From: Centroscyllium fabricii
Taxonomy: Eukaryota
Assembly (NCBI GenBank): GCA_051313645.2
Contig: JBNRSN020000007.1
Location: 35,526,001 to 35,590,000 of the forward strand
Length of the DNA: 64,000 nt
Direction of reading: 5' to 3'
Positions 23,553-34,446 of the stretch are shown in pieces. A program made the position numbers and the translations under genes. Under the pieces are notes generated by a model, which was not told where the DNA came from, made no database searches, and saw only the letters and a program-made list of their open reading frames with translations. The stretch's first letter is position 1, and the number at the start of each line of letters is the position of its first letter.

Positions 23553-24832
23553 AGAACACAGAAACACAGAAGATAGGAGCAGGAGTAGGCCATTCAGCCC
23601 TTCGAGCCTGCTCCGCCATTTTGATGAGATCATGGCTGATCATCCAAACCCGATACCCCCAAATCTAAGAACTATATCTCACACACATACTCATGGGCAA
23701 TTTTTAGTACAGGTTGTGCACCGAAAATCCGTGACCCGAAACGCCGGCAGCTTCAGTCTGCCGGCACAAATTGCCCCGACTGCACTGTGCATGCGCAAGA
23801 TGGCAGCCGCCATCGCGGCTTCGGCGAATGATCTGCGCATGCACCGCTGAACGGCGAGCGCATGCGCAGATCATTCAAAATGGCTGCCGGGTGTTTTGAA
23901 TGATCTGCGCATGCGTCGCAGGACGGCTAGCGCATGCGCAGATCATTCAAAACGGCCGCCGGTTATTTTATCGATAGCTGTGTAATTGAAACCATGATGT
24001 GGAGATGCTGGTGTTGGACTGGGGGGACAATTGTAAGAAGCCACAGAACACCAGGCTATAGACCAAAAGTCCCACTCGAAATCACAAGCTTTCGGAGCGC
24101 CGCTCCCCCATCACCTGACGAAAGAGCTGTGCTCCGAAAGCCCGTGACCCCAACTAAAACTGTTGGACTACAACCTGGCGCCGTGTGATTTCTTACAATT
24201 GAAACCAGAACAGGGGATTGGATAAATTGCCTGACCCTGAAGGAATGTTATGTCATAAATTCTCTGCATTTTTCTGTTTTCTTTTTTTCTCCTGTTCACT
24301 CGCTGTAGCGATCATCAACAAAGAAGATTTTTTTTTTGTTTGTGAAAAACGACTGTCTCACAGATCAGTAAACCCCCCTCAATGACCCAGAGACCAGGGA
24401 GAGAGTCACCCAATGGAGAGACGCGAACCGCCGCCCACTGCAGGTGGCCATTTCTCCTCCGCGATCCCCGACTGGCCTGCGCATCCGCTCGCCGGTCGGC
24501 AGCCATTTCCAATGTTGTGCGCATGTGCGCGGCCATTTTGAATGGTGCGCATGCGCATTGTCCAACTTCATTCTCCCGGTTTTTTCAGTTTCCCGGCACG
24601 GGCCTGGTCCCGCCTGTGGCGGATTAATGGTGCACAACCTGTATCTCCAATTCACCTAACCTGCATGTCTTTGGATGGTGGGGGGAAACCAGAGTACCTG
24701 GAGGAAACCCACACGAACACGGGGAGAACATGCAAACTCCACGCAGTGAGGTCCCCGGGCCAAGCAGGATTCGAACCCAGGAGCTCCTTATTGCGAGGCA
24801 GCAGTGCTAACCACTGCGCCACCGTGTCGTCC
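23553..24832 (-). mobile_element. Second V-SINE family copy split by a MITE
   Basis: 23553-23709 and 24642-24832 join to match intact copies at 34843-35218, 55887-56260 and 62356-62720. Confidence 0.85.
23710..24641. mobile_element. pogo/Tigger-like MITE with Penelope-derived and unique interior
   Basis: TA-CAGGTTGTGCACC...GGTGCACAACCTG-TA inside a SINE; Penelope pLTR hairpin at about 23993-24200. Confidence 0.88.
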
Positions 24833-25437
24833 TAAAAGTCTAGTTACCAGGAGAACGTCAACGTATAGTGTTTCATCTGTCAAACATTTTTGACAGATGA
24901 ATTGTCATCATTTGACAGCTTTGAGAAGCTGTCAAACACTTGACATTCTCTGTTGTTTGGTGAGTTCTTGTGCTCAAGGCTCACCAAACCTATTTCCTGA
25001 GCAGAAAGCTGATGGCTGTTGCATGGGAGAATCCAGCAGCCAATTCTGTCATCTCTGCCGTGGAGGTGCTGCAGCCTCAGAATCTCCAACGATTGAAGCC
25101 TGCAGGAAGAAACAAAGGTAAGGAAACCTTTTTTAACACTTTTCACTCACCTCACATACTTACCTCTCCACACTTGCACCCATCACTCACCTCTACAGCG
25201 CACATTTGGACCCTTCGACCGCCGCAGACCCACTGCTCGCCTCGCTGACCCTGACGGGGTTTCCCAACGTCAGGAAGCCTGCACCTCTGTTGGAAAAATG
25301 GGGATAATCCTCTTAACTGCCTGTTAACTACCCCCAAACTGCCTGTTAACTACCTCCAAATCCTTTCTCCGTGCTTTCTTGTCTGCTCTGAAAGGCAGTA
25401 AATGCGACACCGTCACACTAGTGCATTTAGGCTAATA

Positions 25438-26176
25438 CAGGTTTAAGTTCATTAATCCGGCCGGGTCGGGACCAGCACCCTGCAGGATTGTTGAAAATGC
25501 CGAATTATTGAAGTCACGGCGGCGCATGCGCAGAACATTCAAAATGGCCGACGCAAAATTTTCAATGCTATGCGCTTGCCGGTACCTGGCAGTTGATTTT
25601 CGGCCCAAGGGTCGGGTGGAACTCACACTCGATTCTGTTGCGGGTCACGGAGCGGCCTGCACGGCTTCAGCGGGCCTGGGGCCCAATGCGCGGCTCAAGC
25701 CCGGCTCACGTGACGCCACCGCACGCCAGCTTCGGAACGCAGTGACGTCCGCACGCAGCCATCGATTCTGCTGCGGATCACGGAGCGGCCTGCACGGCTT
25801 CAGCGGGCCTGAGGCCCAATGCGCGGCTCAAGCCCGGCTCACGTGATGCCACCGCACGCCAGCTTCGGAACGCGGTGACGTCAGCACGCAGCCAGGCAGG
25901 AGCCTCCGGCAGCGATGGGCACCGAGCATTGCCTGTATCGCGTCCTGCGAAAGGCGGCTGGCAGAACAGCTCATTTCCTGGGCCTGGGATTCACCATCGG
26001 CATCAGGGTGGTCACTAAGCCGGGATCCAGTGAGTATATGTTAGGTGAAAGAGAAGCCCAGCCCCGACGGTGGCCATTTTGAATTGTCTGCGCATGCGCC
26101 GGGCAGTCGGGAAAATCTGTGCCGAACGACTGAAGCTGCCGGTTCTTCGGGTGCCGGATTAATGAACTTCAACCTG
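25438..26176. mobile_element. pogo/Tigger-like MITE with internal 133-bp tandem duplication
   Basis: TIRs CAGGTTTAAGTTCATTAATCCGG / CCGGATTAATGAACTTCAACCTG, TA TSD; repeat units 25631-25763 and 25764-25894. Confidence 0.85.
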
Positions 26177-26556
26177 TAGTCAGTTTTATTTATAAGTAAG
26201 GTCATTACAGACACTGGTCGTACAAATACTTACAAAGCTTTAAATTAAATTCACCCACAAGGGGGTAAATTATCCCCTTCAGAAATACATTCCTTACTCC
26301 GATAATCGGCAGCACTCTTACAGGAACGTCTTTCACAACTTCCCACAGCATTGTTTCTAAATGGATGAGACAGCATTTCTGCTCTATTCACAGAATCCAA
26401 CTTTCAATCAGACAGAAGTGAAACTGAACTAATAATTCCAGCAATAACCCGCAGATATATGTAATTTTCTGGGTCTCCCAAAGAATTGTCACATAACCTA
26501 AGATCAAAAGACTAAGAACCCGTACAGTATCCTAATGTACAATTTGACAGTCATCA

Positions 26557-27370
26557 TGGATAAATGTGAGGTTATCCATTTTGGTGTCAAAAACAGGAAG
26601 ACAGATTATTATCTGAATGGCAATAGATTGGGAGAAGGGGGAGTTCAACGAGACCTGGGTGTCCTTGTGCACCAGTTGCTGAATGTAAGCATGCAGATGC
26701 AGCAGGTGGTTAAGAAGGCAAATGGTGTGTTGCCCTTCGTAGCGAGAGGGTTCGAGTACAGGAACAAGGATGTCTTGCTGCAGTTGTACAGGGCCTTGGT
26801 GAGACCACACCTTGAGTACTGTGTGCAGTTTTGGTCACCTTATCTGAGGAAGGATGTTCTTACCATGGAGGGAGTGCAGCGAAGATTAACCAGACTGATA
26901 CCTGGGATGGCAGGAATGACGTATGAGGAGAGATTGGGTCGATTGGGCTTATACTCGCTAGAGTTTAGAAGAATGAGAGGGGATCTCATTGAAACGTATA
27001 AAATTCTAACGGGACTGGACAAACTAGATGCAGGAAGGATGTTCCCGATGGTGGGGGAGTCCAGAACCAGGGGTCATAGTCTAATGATGAGGAGTAAGCC
27101 ATTTAGGACAGAGATGAGGAGGAATTTCTTCACCCAGAGAGTGGTGAACCTGTGGAATTCTCTACCACAGAAGGCAGTTGAGGCCAATTCATTAAATATA
27201 TTCAAGAAGGAGTTGGATATATTTCTTAAGGCTAAAGGGATCAAGGGATATGGGGAGAAGGCAGGGACAGGGTACTGAATTTGGATGATCAGCCATGATC
27301 TCATTGAATGGCGGAGCAGGCTCGAGGGGCCAAATGGCCTACTCCTGCTCCTATCTTCTATGTTTCTATG
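26557..27370 (+). mobile_element. CR1 (HER1-like) 3' fragment
   Basis: 247-aa ORF with KCEVIHFG...QRDLGV...RPHLEYCVQFWSP; 3' UTR and tail. Confidence 0.95.
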
Positions 27371-28547
27371 TAAAGGGGCCAATCGAAAGATGGGGTGCTG
27401 TTCCTCGAGCTTCTGTTGAGCTTCATTGGTACAGTGTAGGAGGCAGAGGTCAGAGTGGAAGTGGGGTGGAGAATTAAAATAACGGGCAATTTATTTATTT
27501 TATTTTGTTTTGTTGTGTTGCAGCATCACAATGACTGCTTATTTGTCGATATGTTCTAAACCTCAGCAAGGTGTTGGCTCCGGTGGAATACAGTTTCTGC
27601 AATGAACTTCACCACGTGGCTTTGGAAATGACCTGTCCCTGTAATGACACATGCATTGGAGAGTTAACATCCACCATGCTTCCTGCAGCTGAATAAGAAC
27701 CTCTGATCCTAATCTGCTGAAACTGCCGCATTCTCTTCTGCATTGCTTACCCTCTCCGTCATCTCTAAGCTCCCTCTGCATGAAGCTCCCTCTGCATGAA
27801 GCTCCTTCTGTGCATATCCCAGCCTATTGCCCCTCCCCCATTTCTATTTGGGGAATTCTTTTCATATGTTTGACGGCCATACTTGAAGTGCTGCCAATCG
27901 TCACATTGAGACATTTAGCCCGAGGTGGTTCCTCATTCTGGGAAGTGAAGTGGCTCGTAAAAGAACTGAAGGAATAACAATAGTCTCCCTTCCTTAAGTA
28001 TGCGGCCAGGCTATTATATAAAGTGCTGCCTTTGTAACCACCTGTGCTTCTTATTGCCAGTGATTTCTAGAATTCATTTTCTAGCTTTGTTTTCAGCCTA
28101 GTTTTAGTCAAACAAGTATTGCCTTCAAATACAAGTTTGATGCAAATTCTGACATGACTGAACCAGCATTGCTCTACTGTTCTGTACATTTGGAAACCGG
28201 TTTTTATTTCTCCTTGTTCATGTGCTGTACCACAAACCCACCTCAACAGATGAGAAAAGCTTAAAAGAAATTACAAAAGGAATGACAACCTTTCTGTTGA
28301 AATTGAGCCCAGTCGTACGGATCTCTAATTTGTCAAGCAGAAAGTTGCGTGCAGGTGGAATTGCATACAGGCGGGAAAGGTACCAGTGCTCGGGTAACTT
28401 GTTCTGCGAGCCCGCCCGGCTGTTGATTCCATTTGCTGGTGTTTGGTTCAGAGTGCGCCTGATTGACTCATTTGGCAGCACGCTTGCCTCTGGGTCTAGA
28501 CTCGAACCATCTTTGGCTTGTTCTGCGATTTTAAGTAAGAAAAATCC

Positions 28548-28853
28548 TTGTTTTAAAAAAATCATTCTGTGGGATTTTCACAGACAGCAGACTGTAACAT
28601 TTGACCCTTTGTGACTGCACCCTTTGATCTCAGGCTGGCTGATATGTTGGAACACCTTTGGTTGCTTTGATGTCCCTCAGCTGAGGTGTGATGTGAAACA
28701 ACTGGAGAGACCACATCTCTCTCTCTCTCTCTGTCTCTCTCTGTCTCTCTCTGTCTCTCTCTGTCTCTCCTGACGAAGGGACAAAAGCTCCGAAAGCTTG
28801 TGATTTAAAATAAAACTGTTGGACTATAATCTGGTGTTGTGTGACTTCTTACA
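28548..28853 (+). mobile_element. Penelope-like fragment with (CT)n
   Basis: Reverse complement of 10110-10275 plus pLTR motif. Confidence 0.75.
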
Positions 28854-29574
28854 TCTGGGTCAGTAGGTTGCGAGTTCAAGCTGCATTACAGGAGTGGAGT
28901 TTATCATCTGAACTGACACTTCAGTGAAGTGGCACTGGGCTGTCTGCGGTGCCAGCATTTGAATGAGTTTGTAAGCTGTGGATTCGTCTGCCTGTTTCAG
29001 TGGTGCAGATGGATGGAAATAGATCCTTTGGCATTATTTGAAGAGGAGCAGGGAATTCTCCTGGTGTTTCTGGCATCTTATAGAATCATGCAGCAAAAAA
29101 AGGAGGCCATTGGGCCCATCGTGCCTGTGCCAGCTCTGTGCCTGTATGAGCTCTCCAGTTAGTCCCTCTCACATGCTCTTTCCCCATAGCCCTGCAAATG
29201 TTTTAGAAACATAGAAGATAGGAGCAGGAGTAGGCCATTTGGCCCTTTGAGCCTGCTCCGCCATTCAATGAGATCATGGCTGATCATCCAAACCCAGTAC
29301 CCCGTGACGTATCGTCAATACCTTCGATTAAAAGAGTCGACGAGTAGTTACCGTAACGAAAGGCTTTTAATCGCTAAGATTGGAGCTAACCTCCGGAACG
29401 AACTTCTGTACAAGAATGAGGAGTCTCGGTCAGTTTCCACCTATAAAGGGCCTCACCTGGGGGAGGAGTTAGAGGTGTGGCTGACCTGGCTCCCAACAGT
29501 ATTACACAGGTTACAGGGCTGTGCCTTACATCTGCACAGCCCATTATTGGCACAATAATACAGTGGTAAAACAA

Positions 29575-31182
29575 CTACATAAAAGGGTTACCACATTCAC
29601 CCCTTCTTGAAAATTTTAAGTCCGGGGGGGGTGAATGGGCTGAACAATTCACGATCAGTCTGTCCGGCGGTCGCGTCTGCCTGGAGGACCGCCGGCGTTC
29701 CGGTGTTGGTGGTGGTGCCTCCTGGTTCGTACCACTCGCGTCTGCCGGTGGTGACCGCTGATCGGGTGCCGTGGCTTCTGGTGGCGATGGATCCAGCTGG
29801 TCCCCGCCGTCCGGGTCGAAATTCTGTACTGGCCACTGCTGGGGCTCTGGGAAGCTCAGGGGCCATCGTGTGTCTGGTGGGTTCTCCGAATACAGTGGCT
29901 GAGCGGCCTGCTGGCCGGCCAGGGGCTCTGCGGTGGTGCTTCCTGCGGGAGCCAGGTCCCTGATGGACACGGTGTCCTCACGCCTGTCCGGGAACTGCAC
30001 GAATGCATAGTGTGGGTTTGCGTGTAGGAGCTGTACCTTGTCCACCAGGGGGTCTGTCTTGTGGCTCCGGACATGTCTCCTAAGCAAAACCGGCCCCGGA
30101 GTCGTCAGCCATGGAGGAAGAGCTGTCCCCGAAGTCGATTTCCTGGGGAAGGAGAAAATCAGATCATGCGGGGTGGCGTTAGTAGCAGTACATAATAGAG
30201 AGCATATAGAGTGCAGCGCGTCTGGGAGGACTGCCTGCCAATGGGACACTGGAAGGCCTCTGGACTTCAGAGCCAGGGTGACCGCCTTACAAATGATCCC
30301 ATTCTCCCTTTCTACCTGGCTGTTCCCCCGGGGGTTATAACTGGTCGTTCTGCTCGTGGCAACCCCTTTCTGGAGCAGAAACTGGCGCAGTTCATCGCTC
30401 ATGAATGATGACCCCCGGTCGCTATGGATGTAGCTGGGGAGACCGAAAATGGCGAACAGCGTGGTGAAGTGTTTTATCACCGTTGCGCTCGTCATATCTG
30501 CGCAGGGGAAGGCGAAGGGGAAGCGGGAAAACTCATCCACTACCGTGAGGAAGTATGAGTTGCGGTCGGTGGAAGGGAGGGGGCCCTTGAAGTCCACGCT
30601 GAGACGTTCAAAGGGGCGGGTGGCCTTAATGAGGTGCGCCGTGTCTGGCCGGAAAAAGTGGGGTTTGCACTCGGCGCAGACAGGGCACTCTCGGGTCATA
30701 GCCTTGATCTCCGTGATGGAGATGGGGAGGCTACGGGAGTTAACGAAGTGGGCGAGTCTGGTGACACCCGGGTGGCAAAGGCGGTCGTGGAGGTCCTTCA
30801 GCCGGTCTAGCTGGGCACTGGCGCACGTTCCCCATGACAGCGCATCCGGGGGTTCATTGAGTTTATCTGGTCGGTAAAGAATGTCGTACTCGTAAGTCGA
30901 GAGTTCGATCCGCCACCGCAGGATCTTATCATTCTTGATTTTACCCCGTTGTTTATTATTAAACATAAAAGCCACCGACCGTTGGTCGGTGAGCAGGGTA
31001 AAACGCTTACCAGCCAGGTAATGATGCCAGTAGCGCACGGCCTCCACGATGGCCTGGGCCTCCTTTTCCACTGCAGAGTGGCGAGTTTCGGGTCCCTGTA
31101 AGGTGCGGGAGAAAAACGCTACGGGCCTGCCTGCCTGATTCAGGGTGGCAGCAAGGGCAAAGTCCGAAGCGTCACTCTCCAC
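29575..31182 (-). CDS. pol: Gypsy Pol RNase H plus integrase portion
   Basis: ESDASDFALAA (RNase H), H-x4-H/C-x2-C, VDFKGP...HSDRGSSF...VERENG (DDE integrase). Confidence 0.93.
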   Translation of the reverse strand: MESDASDFALAATLNQAGRPVAFFSRTLQGPETRHSAVEKEAQAIVEAVRYWHHYLAGKRFTLLTDQRSVAFMFNNKQRGKIKNDKILRWRIELSTYEYDILYRPDKLNEPPDALSWGTCASAQLDRLKDLHDRLCHPGVTRLAHFVNSRSLPISITEIKAMTRECPVCAECKPHFFRPDTAHLIKATRPFERLSVDFKGPLPSTDRNSYFLTVVDEFSRFPFAFPCADMTSATVIKHFTTLFAIFGLPSYIHSDRGSSFMSDELRQFLLQKGVATSRTTSYNPRGNSQVERENGIICKAVTLALKSRGLPVSHWQAVLPDALHSICSLLCTATNATPHDLIFSFPRKSTSGTALPPWLTTPGPVLLRRHVRSHKTDPLVDKVQLLHANPHYAFVQFPDRREDTVSIRDLAPAGSTTAEPLAGQQAAQPLYSENPPDTRWPLSFPEPQQWPVQNFDPDGGDQLDPSPPEATAPDQRSPPADASGTNQEAPPPTPERRRSSRQTRPPDRLIVNCSAHSPPPDLKFSRRGECGNPFM

Positions 31183-31384
31183 CTGGACTGGACTGTGAGC
31201 GTGACGGAGCAGTAGCCGGTGACGTCCGCGGTGTGGGACTGTGAAGCTAGGGAGACTTGGTAGTTAGTGGGCCGGACCTGCAGTCCGCAGCGCTGCACTG
31301 TATCGGGGTGTACGAAGCTCTGTGCTTCCTGTGTCAAACAGGCAGTTAACAGTGTAGTCGTTAATCTTGATTGGCATAATAGTA

Positions 31385-32719
31385 TTAGACAGGGTATGTG
31401 GCCTGTCCTGGTTCACTGAGTCTGGCCGCCGCAGCCGTGCGTTTCCGTGTGCGTGGGGCCCTTGCTGGTCGGGGCTGTACACAAGATGGCGGCGCCCCTG
31501 GCTCGCACATGGTGGGGCCCTGGATACAAGATGGCGGCGCCCCTGGCTCGCACATGGCGGGGCCCTGGAAACAAAATGGCGGCGCCCCTGGCTCGCACAT
31601 GGAGGGGCCCTGGATACAAAATGGCGTCGCTGAGGGGTCGCACATGGTGGGCCGCTGTGAGCGCGCTGGCGGCGCCCGTGATTCGCACGCAGCGGACCGC
31701 GGTGGTCGGGTTGGCGGTGCCCGTGATTTGCACGCAGCGAGCCGCGGTGGTCGGGTTGGCGGTGCCCGTGATTGGCACGCAGCCGGCCGCGTTGGGGGGT
31801 CGCGCTTGGCCGGCCTTTGCCGCATCGGGGTGGGAGATGGGGGCGCTTGTTGTCTACCCCCGGACCGTCGCTGGATCGCGCTGCTATTGCAGCTTACCTG
31901 GTGTCTGTCGGTGCTCTCACAGGCTGCACTGTTGTACCTTGGGTTAGTCGCTGCTGGAGCTGATCTGCAGGCTTTAGCGTAGTGTCCTTTCTTAGCGCAC
32001 CTCTCACAGGTCGCTGTCCTGGCTGGGCATCTCGCTCTTGGGTGCAGTCCCTGGCTGCAGAAGTAGCAGCGCTTATCTTTAGTGACTGTCGCAGCCATCG
32101 TGGGGGTCTCGGCCCGTTGTGGTGCTGCCCAGGCCTGGGCCCGTTGTGGCGCGGCCCATATGTCGTAGGCTTGCGGGTTGGTGCCGCTGTACGCCTGTAG
32201 TTTGTTTCGGGCCCCCTCTACTGAGTTGGCTATCTTAATCGCCTCCTCGAGGGACAGAGTGTCTCTCTCCAGTAGCCGCTGGCGGGCTTCCACACACCTT
32301 AGTCCCGTAACATAAGCGTCCCGAACGAGGAGATTCGCCTTCTCTTCAGCTGTTCTGGCTTGGCAGCCACAGACCCGTACCAGGGCCTGGAGCGCTTGCT
32401 CGAACTGCTCATTGGTCTCACCTGGTAGCTGAGATCTGGTCGCAAGCACATGTCGGGCGTAGACCGAATGGACCGGGCGCTCGTAGCATTTTCTTAGTTG
32501 CAGCACAGCCGCTGTGTAGGTTGAGGCGTTTCTGATGAGGGAGAATACCCTGCTGGAGATCCTCGACCGGAGGACCTGCAATTTGTTCCTGTCCGATGTA
32601 GCCTTGGCGGCGTCCATGTAGGCCTCCAGGAGGCCGAACCAGTGTTCGAACGTGGTAGCAGCGGCCAGGTCCTGGGGACTGATGTCCAGCTTCTCAGGTT
32701 TAACTGCGCTGCTCTCCAT
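31385..32719 (-). CDS. gag: Gypsy Gag with two CCHC knuckles
   Basis: CYFCSQGLHPRARC and CERCAKKGHYAKAC; repeat-expanded C-terminal region; frameshifted before protease (LFDTGS near 31330). Confidence 0.9.
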   Translation of the reverse strand: MESSAVKPEKLDISPQDLAAATTFEHWFGLLEAYMDAAKATSDRNKLQVLRSRISSRVFSLIRNASTYTAAVLQLRKCYERPVHSVYARHVLATRSQLPGETNEQFEQALQALVRVCGCQARTAEEKANLLVRDAYVTGLRCVEARQRLLERDTLSLEEAIKIANSVEGARNKLQAYSGTNPQAYDIWAAPQRAQAWAAPQRAETPTMAATVTKDKRCYFCSQGLHPRARCPARTATCERCAKKGHYAKACRSAPAATNPRYNSAACESTDRHQVSCNSSAIQRRSGGRQQAPPSPTPMRQRPAKRDPPTRPAACQSRAPPTRPPRLAACKSRAPPTRPPRSAACESRAPPARSQRPTMCDPSATPFCIQGPSMCEPGAPPFCFQGPAMCEPGAPPSCIQGPTMCEPGAPPSCVQPRPARAPRTRKRTAAAARLSEPGQATYPV

Positions 32720-33292
32720 TAAAAAATATTTAGCGATTAAAATTGACGTATCGTCAATACCTTCGATTAAAAGAGTCGACGAGTAGTTACCGTAACTAAA
32801 GGCTTTTAATCGCTAAGATTGGAGCTAACCTCCGGAACGAACTTCTGTACAGGAATGAGGTGCCTCGGTCAGTTTCCACCTATAAAGGGCCTCACCTGGG
32901 GGAGGAGTTAGAGGTGTGGCTGACCTGGCTCCCAACAGTATTACACAGGTTACAGGGCTGTGCCTTACATCTGCACAGCCCATTATTGGCACAATAATAC
33001 AGTGGTAAAACAACTACATAAAAGGGTTACCACACCCCGCCCCTGCCCTCTCCCCATATCCCTCGATCCCTATCGAGCCTGCACCGACACACATCCCACC
33101 CTATCCCCGTAACCCCACATATTCAATCCCCCCAGCACTAAGGGTCAATTTATCCTGGCCAATCAACCTAACCCGCACATCTTTGGACTGTGGGAGGAAA
33201 CCGGAGCACCCGGAGGAAACCCACGCAGACACGGGGAGAATGTGCAAACTCCACACAGATAGCACCCGAGGCTGGATTTGAACCCGGGTCTC

Positions 33293-34036
33293 CAATTCAA
33301 TTCAATTCAATTCAAGTTTTATTGTCATTGCAGAGTACTAGTACAATACAACGAGACGAAGACTCGACGCTCCCGAGAGTAGTGCAAATAAATTACTTGC
33401 AAATGCATACAGTAAAGTACATTTTCAGGTGTGCAGGTACCGGAGTTTATTTTTTAGTGTTCAGGAGGCTGACAGCCCTGGGGAAGAAGCTGTCCTTAAA
33501 TCTAGTCGTGCGGGTGCAAATTGATCTGTAGTGTCTCCCGGAGGGCAGGGGGGTTGAACAGACTGTGGCTGGGGTGTGTGGGCTCTTTAATAATGTTCAG
33601 AGACCTCCGTAGGCAGCGTTTGAGGTAGATGCTTTCCATTGACGGTAGCTGGGTACCAGTGATTCATTGGGCAGTTTTGACTACCCGCTGCGGGGTCCTC
33701 CGGTCTGAGATGGTGCAATTTCCATACCAGACTGTGATGCAGCTCGTCAGTATGCTTTCGATTGTGCAGCGGTAGAAGTTGGAGAGGATGCCGGATGACA
33801 GCCTGGCTTTCTTCAGCTTCCTTAGGAAGTACAGGTGCTGTTGGGCCTTCTTAACCAGAGAGGAGGTATTTAGTGACCAGGAGAGGTCTTCCGAGATGTG
33901 GACCCCGAGGAACTTGAAGCTGGACACCCTTTCCACCTCAGCCCCTTGGATGAAGATGGGGGTGTGTCTTCTGCTTCCAGTCCTCCGGAAGTCCACTATG
34001 ATCTCCTTAGTTTTCTTGGTGTTCAGTGCCAGGTTG
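33293..34036 (-). mobile_element. Rex1/Babar LINE 3' fragment
   Basis: LNTKKTKEIIVDFRR...FKFLGVHISEDLSW...IESILTSCITVWYG; (TGAAT)n tail. Confidence 0.92.
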
Positions 34037-34446
34037 TGAGTCAACAGTGCTAACCACTATGCCACCGTGCTGCCCTATGTTTTCTGTTCAAGTTGTTATG
34101 ATCTGGAATGCATTACCTGAAAAGATGATGGAAGTCGATTCAATAGTAGCTTTCGAAAGGGAATTGGATCTGTACTTTAACAAGGAAAGATTGCAACATA
34201 ATTATACATCCAATTCACTTTTCAAAGTTACTCTTGAATCTACTTCAGGCAGCGCATTCCAGATCGTAACAACTCGCTGCGTAAAAAATAAATAATTATC
34301 CTCCTCTCCGCCCCCGAGTCTTTTGCCACAAAATGGCTGCCGCATTTGTCTACATCACAATGTCAACTTTGGCTCACTTGGCTATTCGGCACTGGAGCTT
34401 TTCCAGCCCTTGTATTATGTCGAGAGAGGTGTAGTCTCTGGTATAC

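Larger units (their letters stand above)
29305..33034 (-). mobile_element. Gypsy LTR retrotransposon, RT-deleted derivative
   Basis: 291-bp LTRs (29305-29595, 32744-33034, about 4 mismatches), TSD CCCCG, PPT AAGAAGGGGTGAA, gag, partial protease, RNase H and integrase. Confidence 0.96.
29206..34075 (-). mobile_element. HE1-like SINE split by Gypsy and Rex1 insertions
   Basis: Pieces 29206-29304, 33035-33292 and about 34037-34075 are collinear with the intact SINE. Confidence 0.8.

Noticed and set aside
26535-27278. 247-aa ORF as a host gene
   Set aside because: 5'-truncated CR1 ORF2 C-terminus, repeated many times in the window.
31398-31982. Antisense ORFs over Gypsy gag and pol
   Set aside because: Expected from high GC and tandem repeats; no recognisable motifs.
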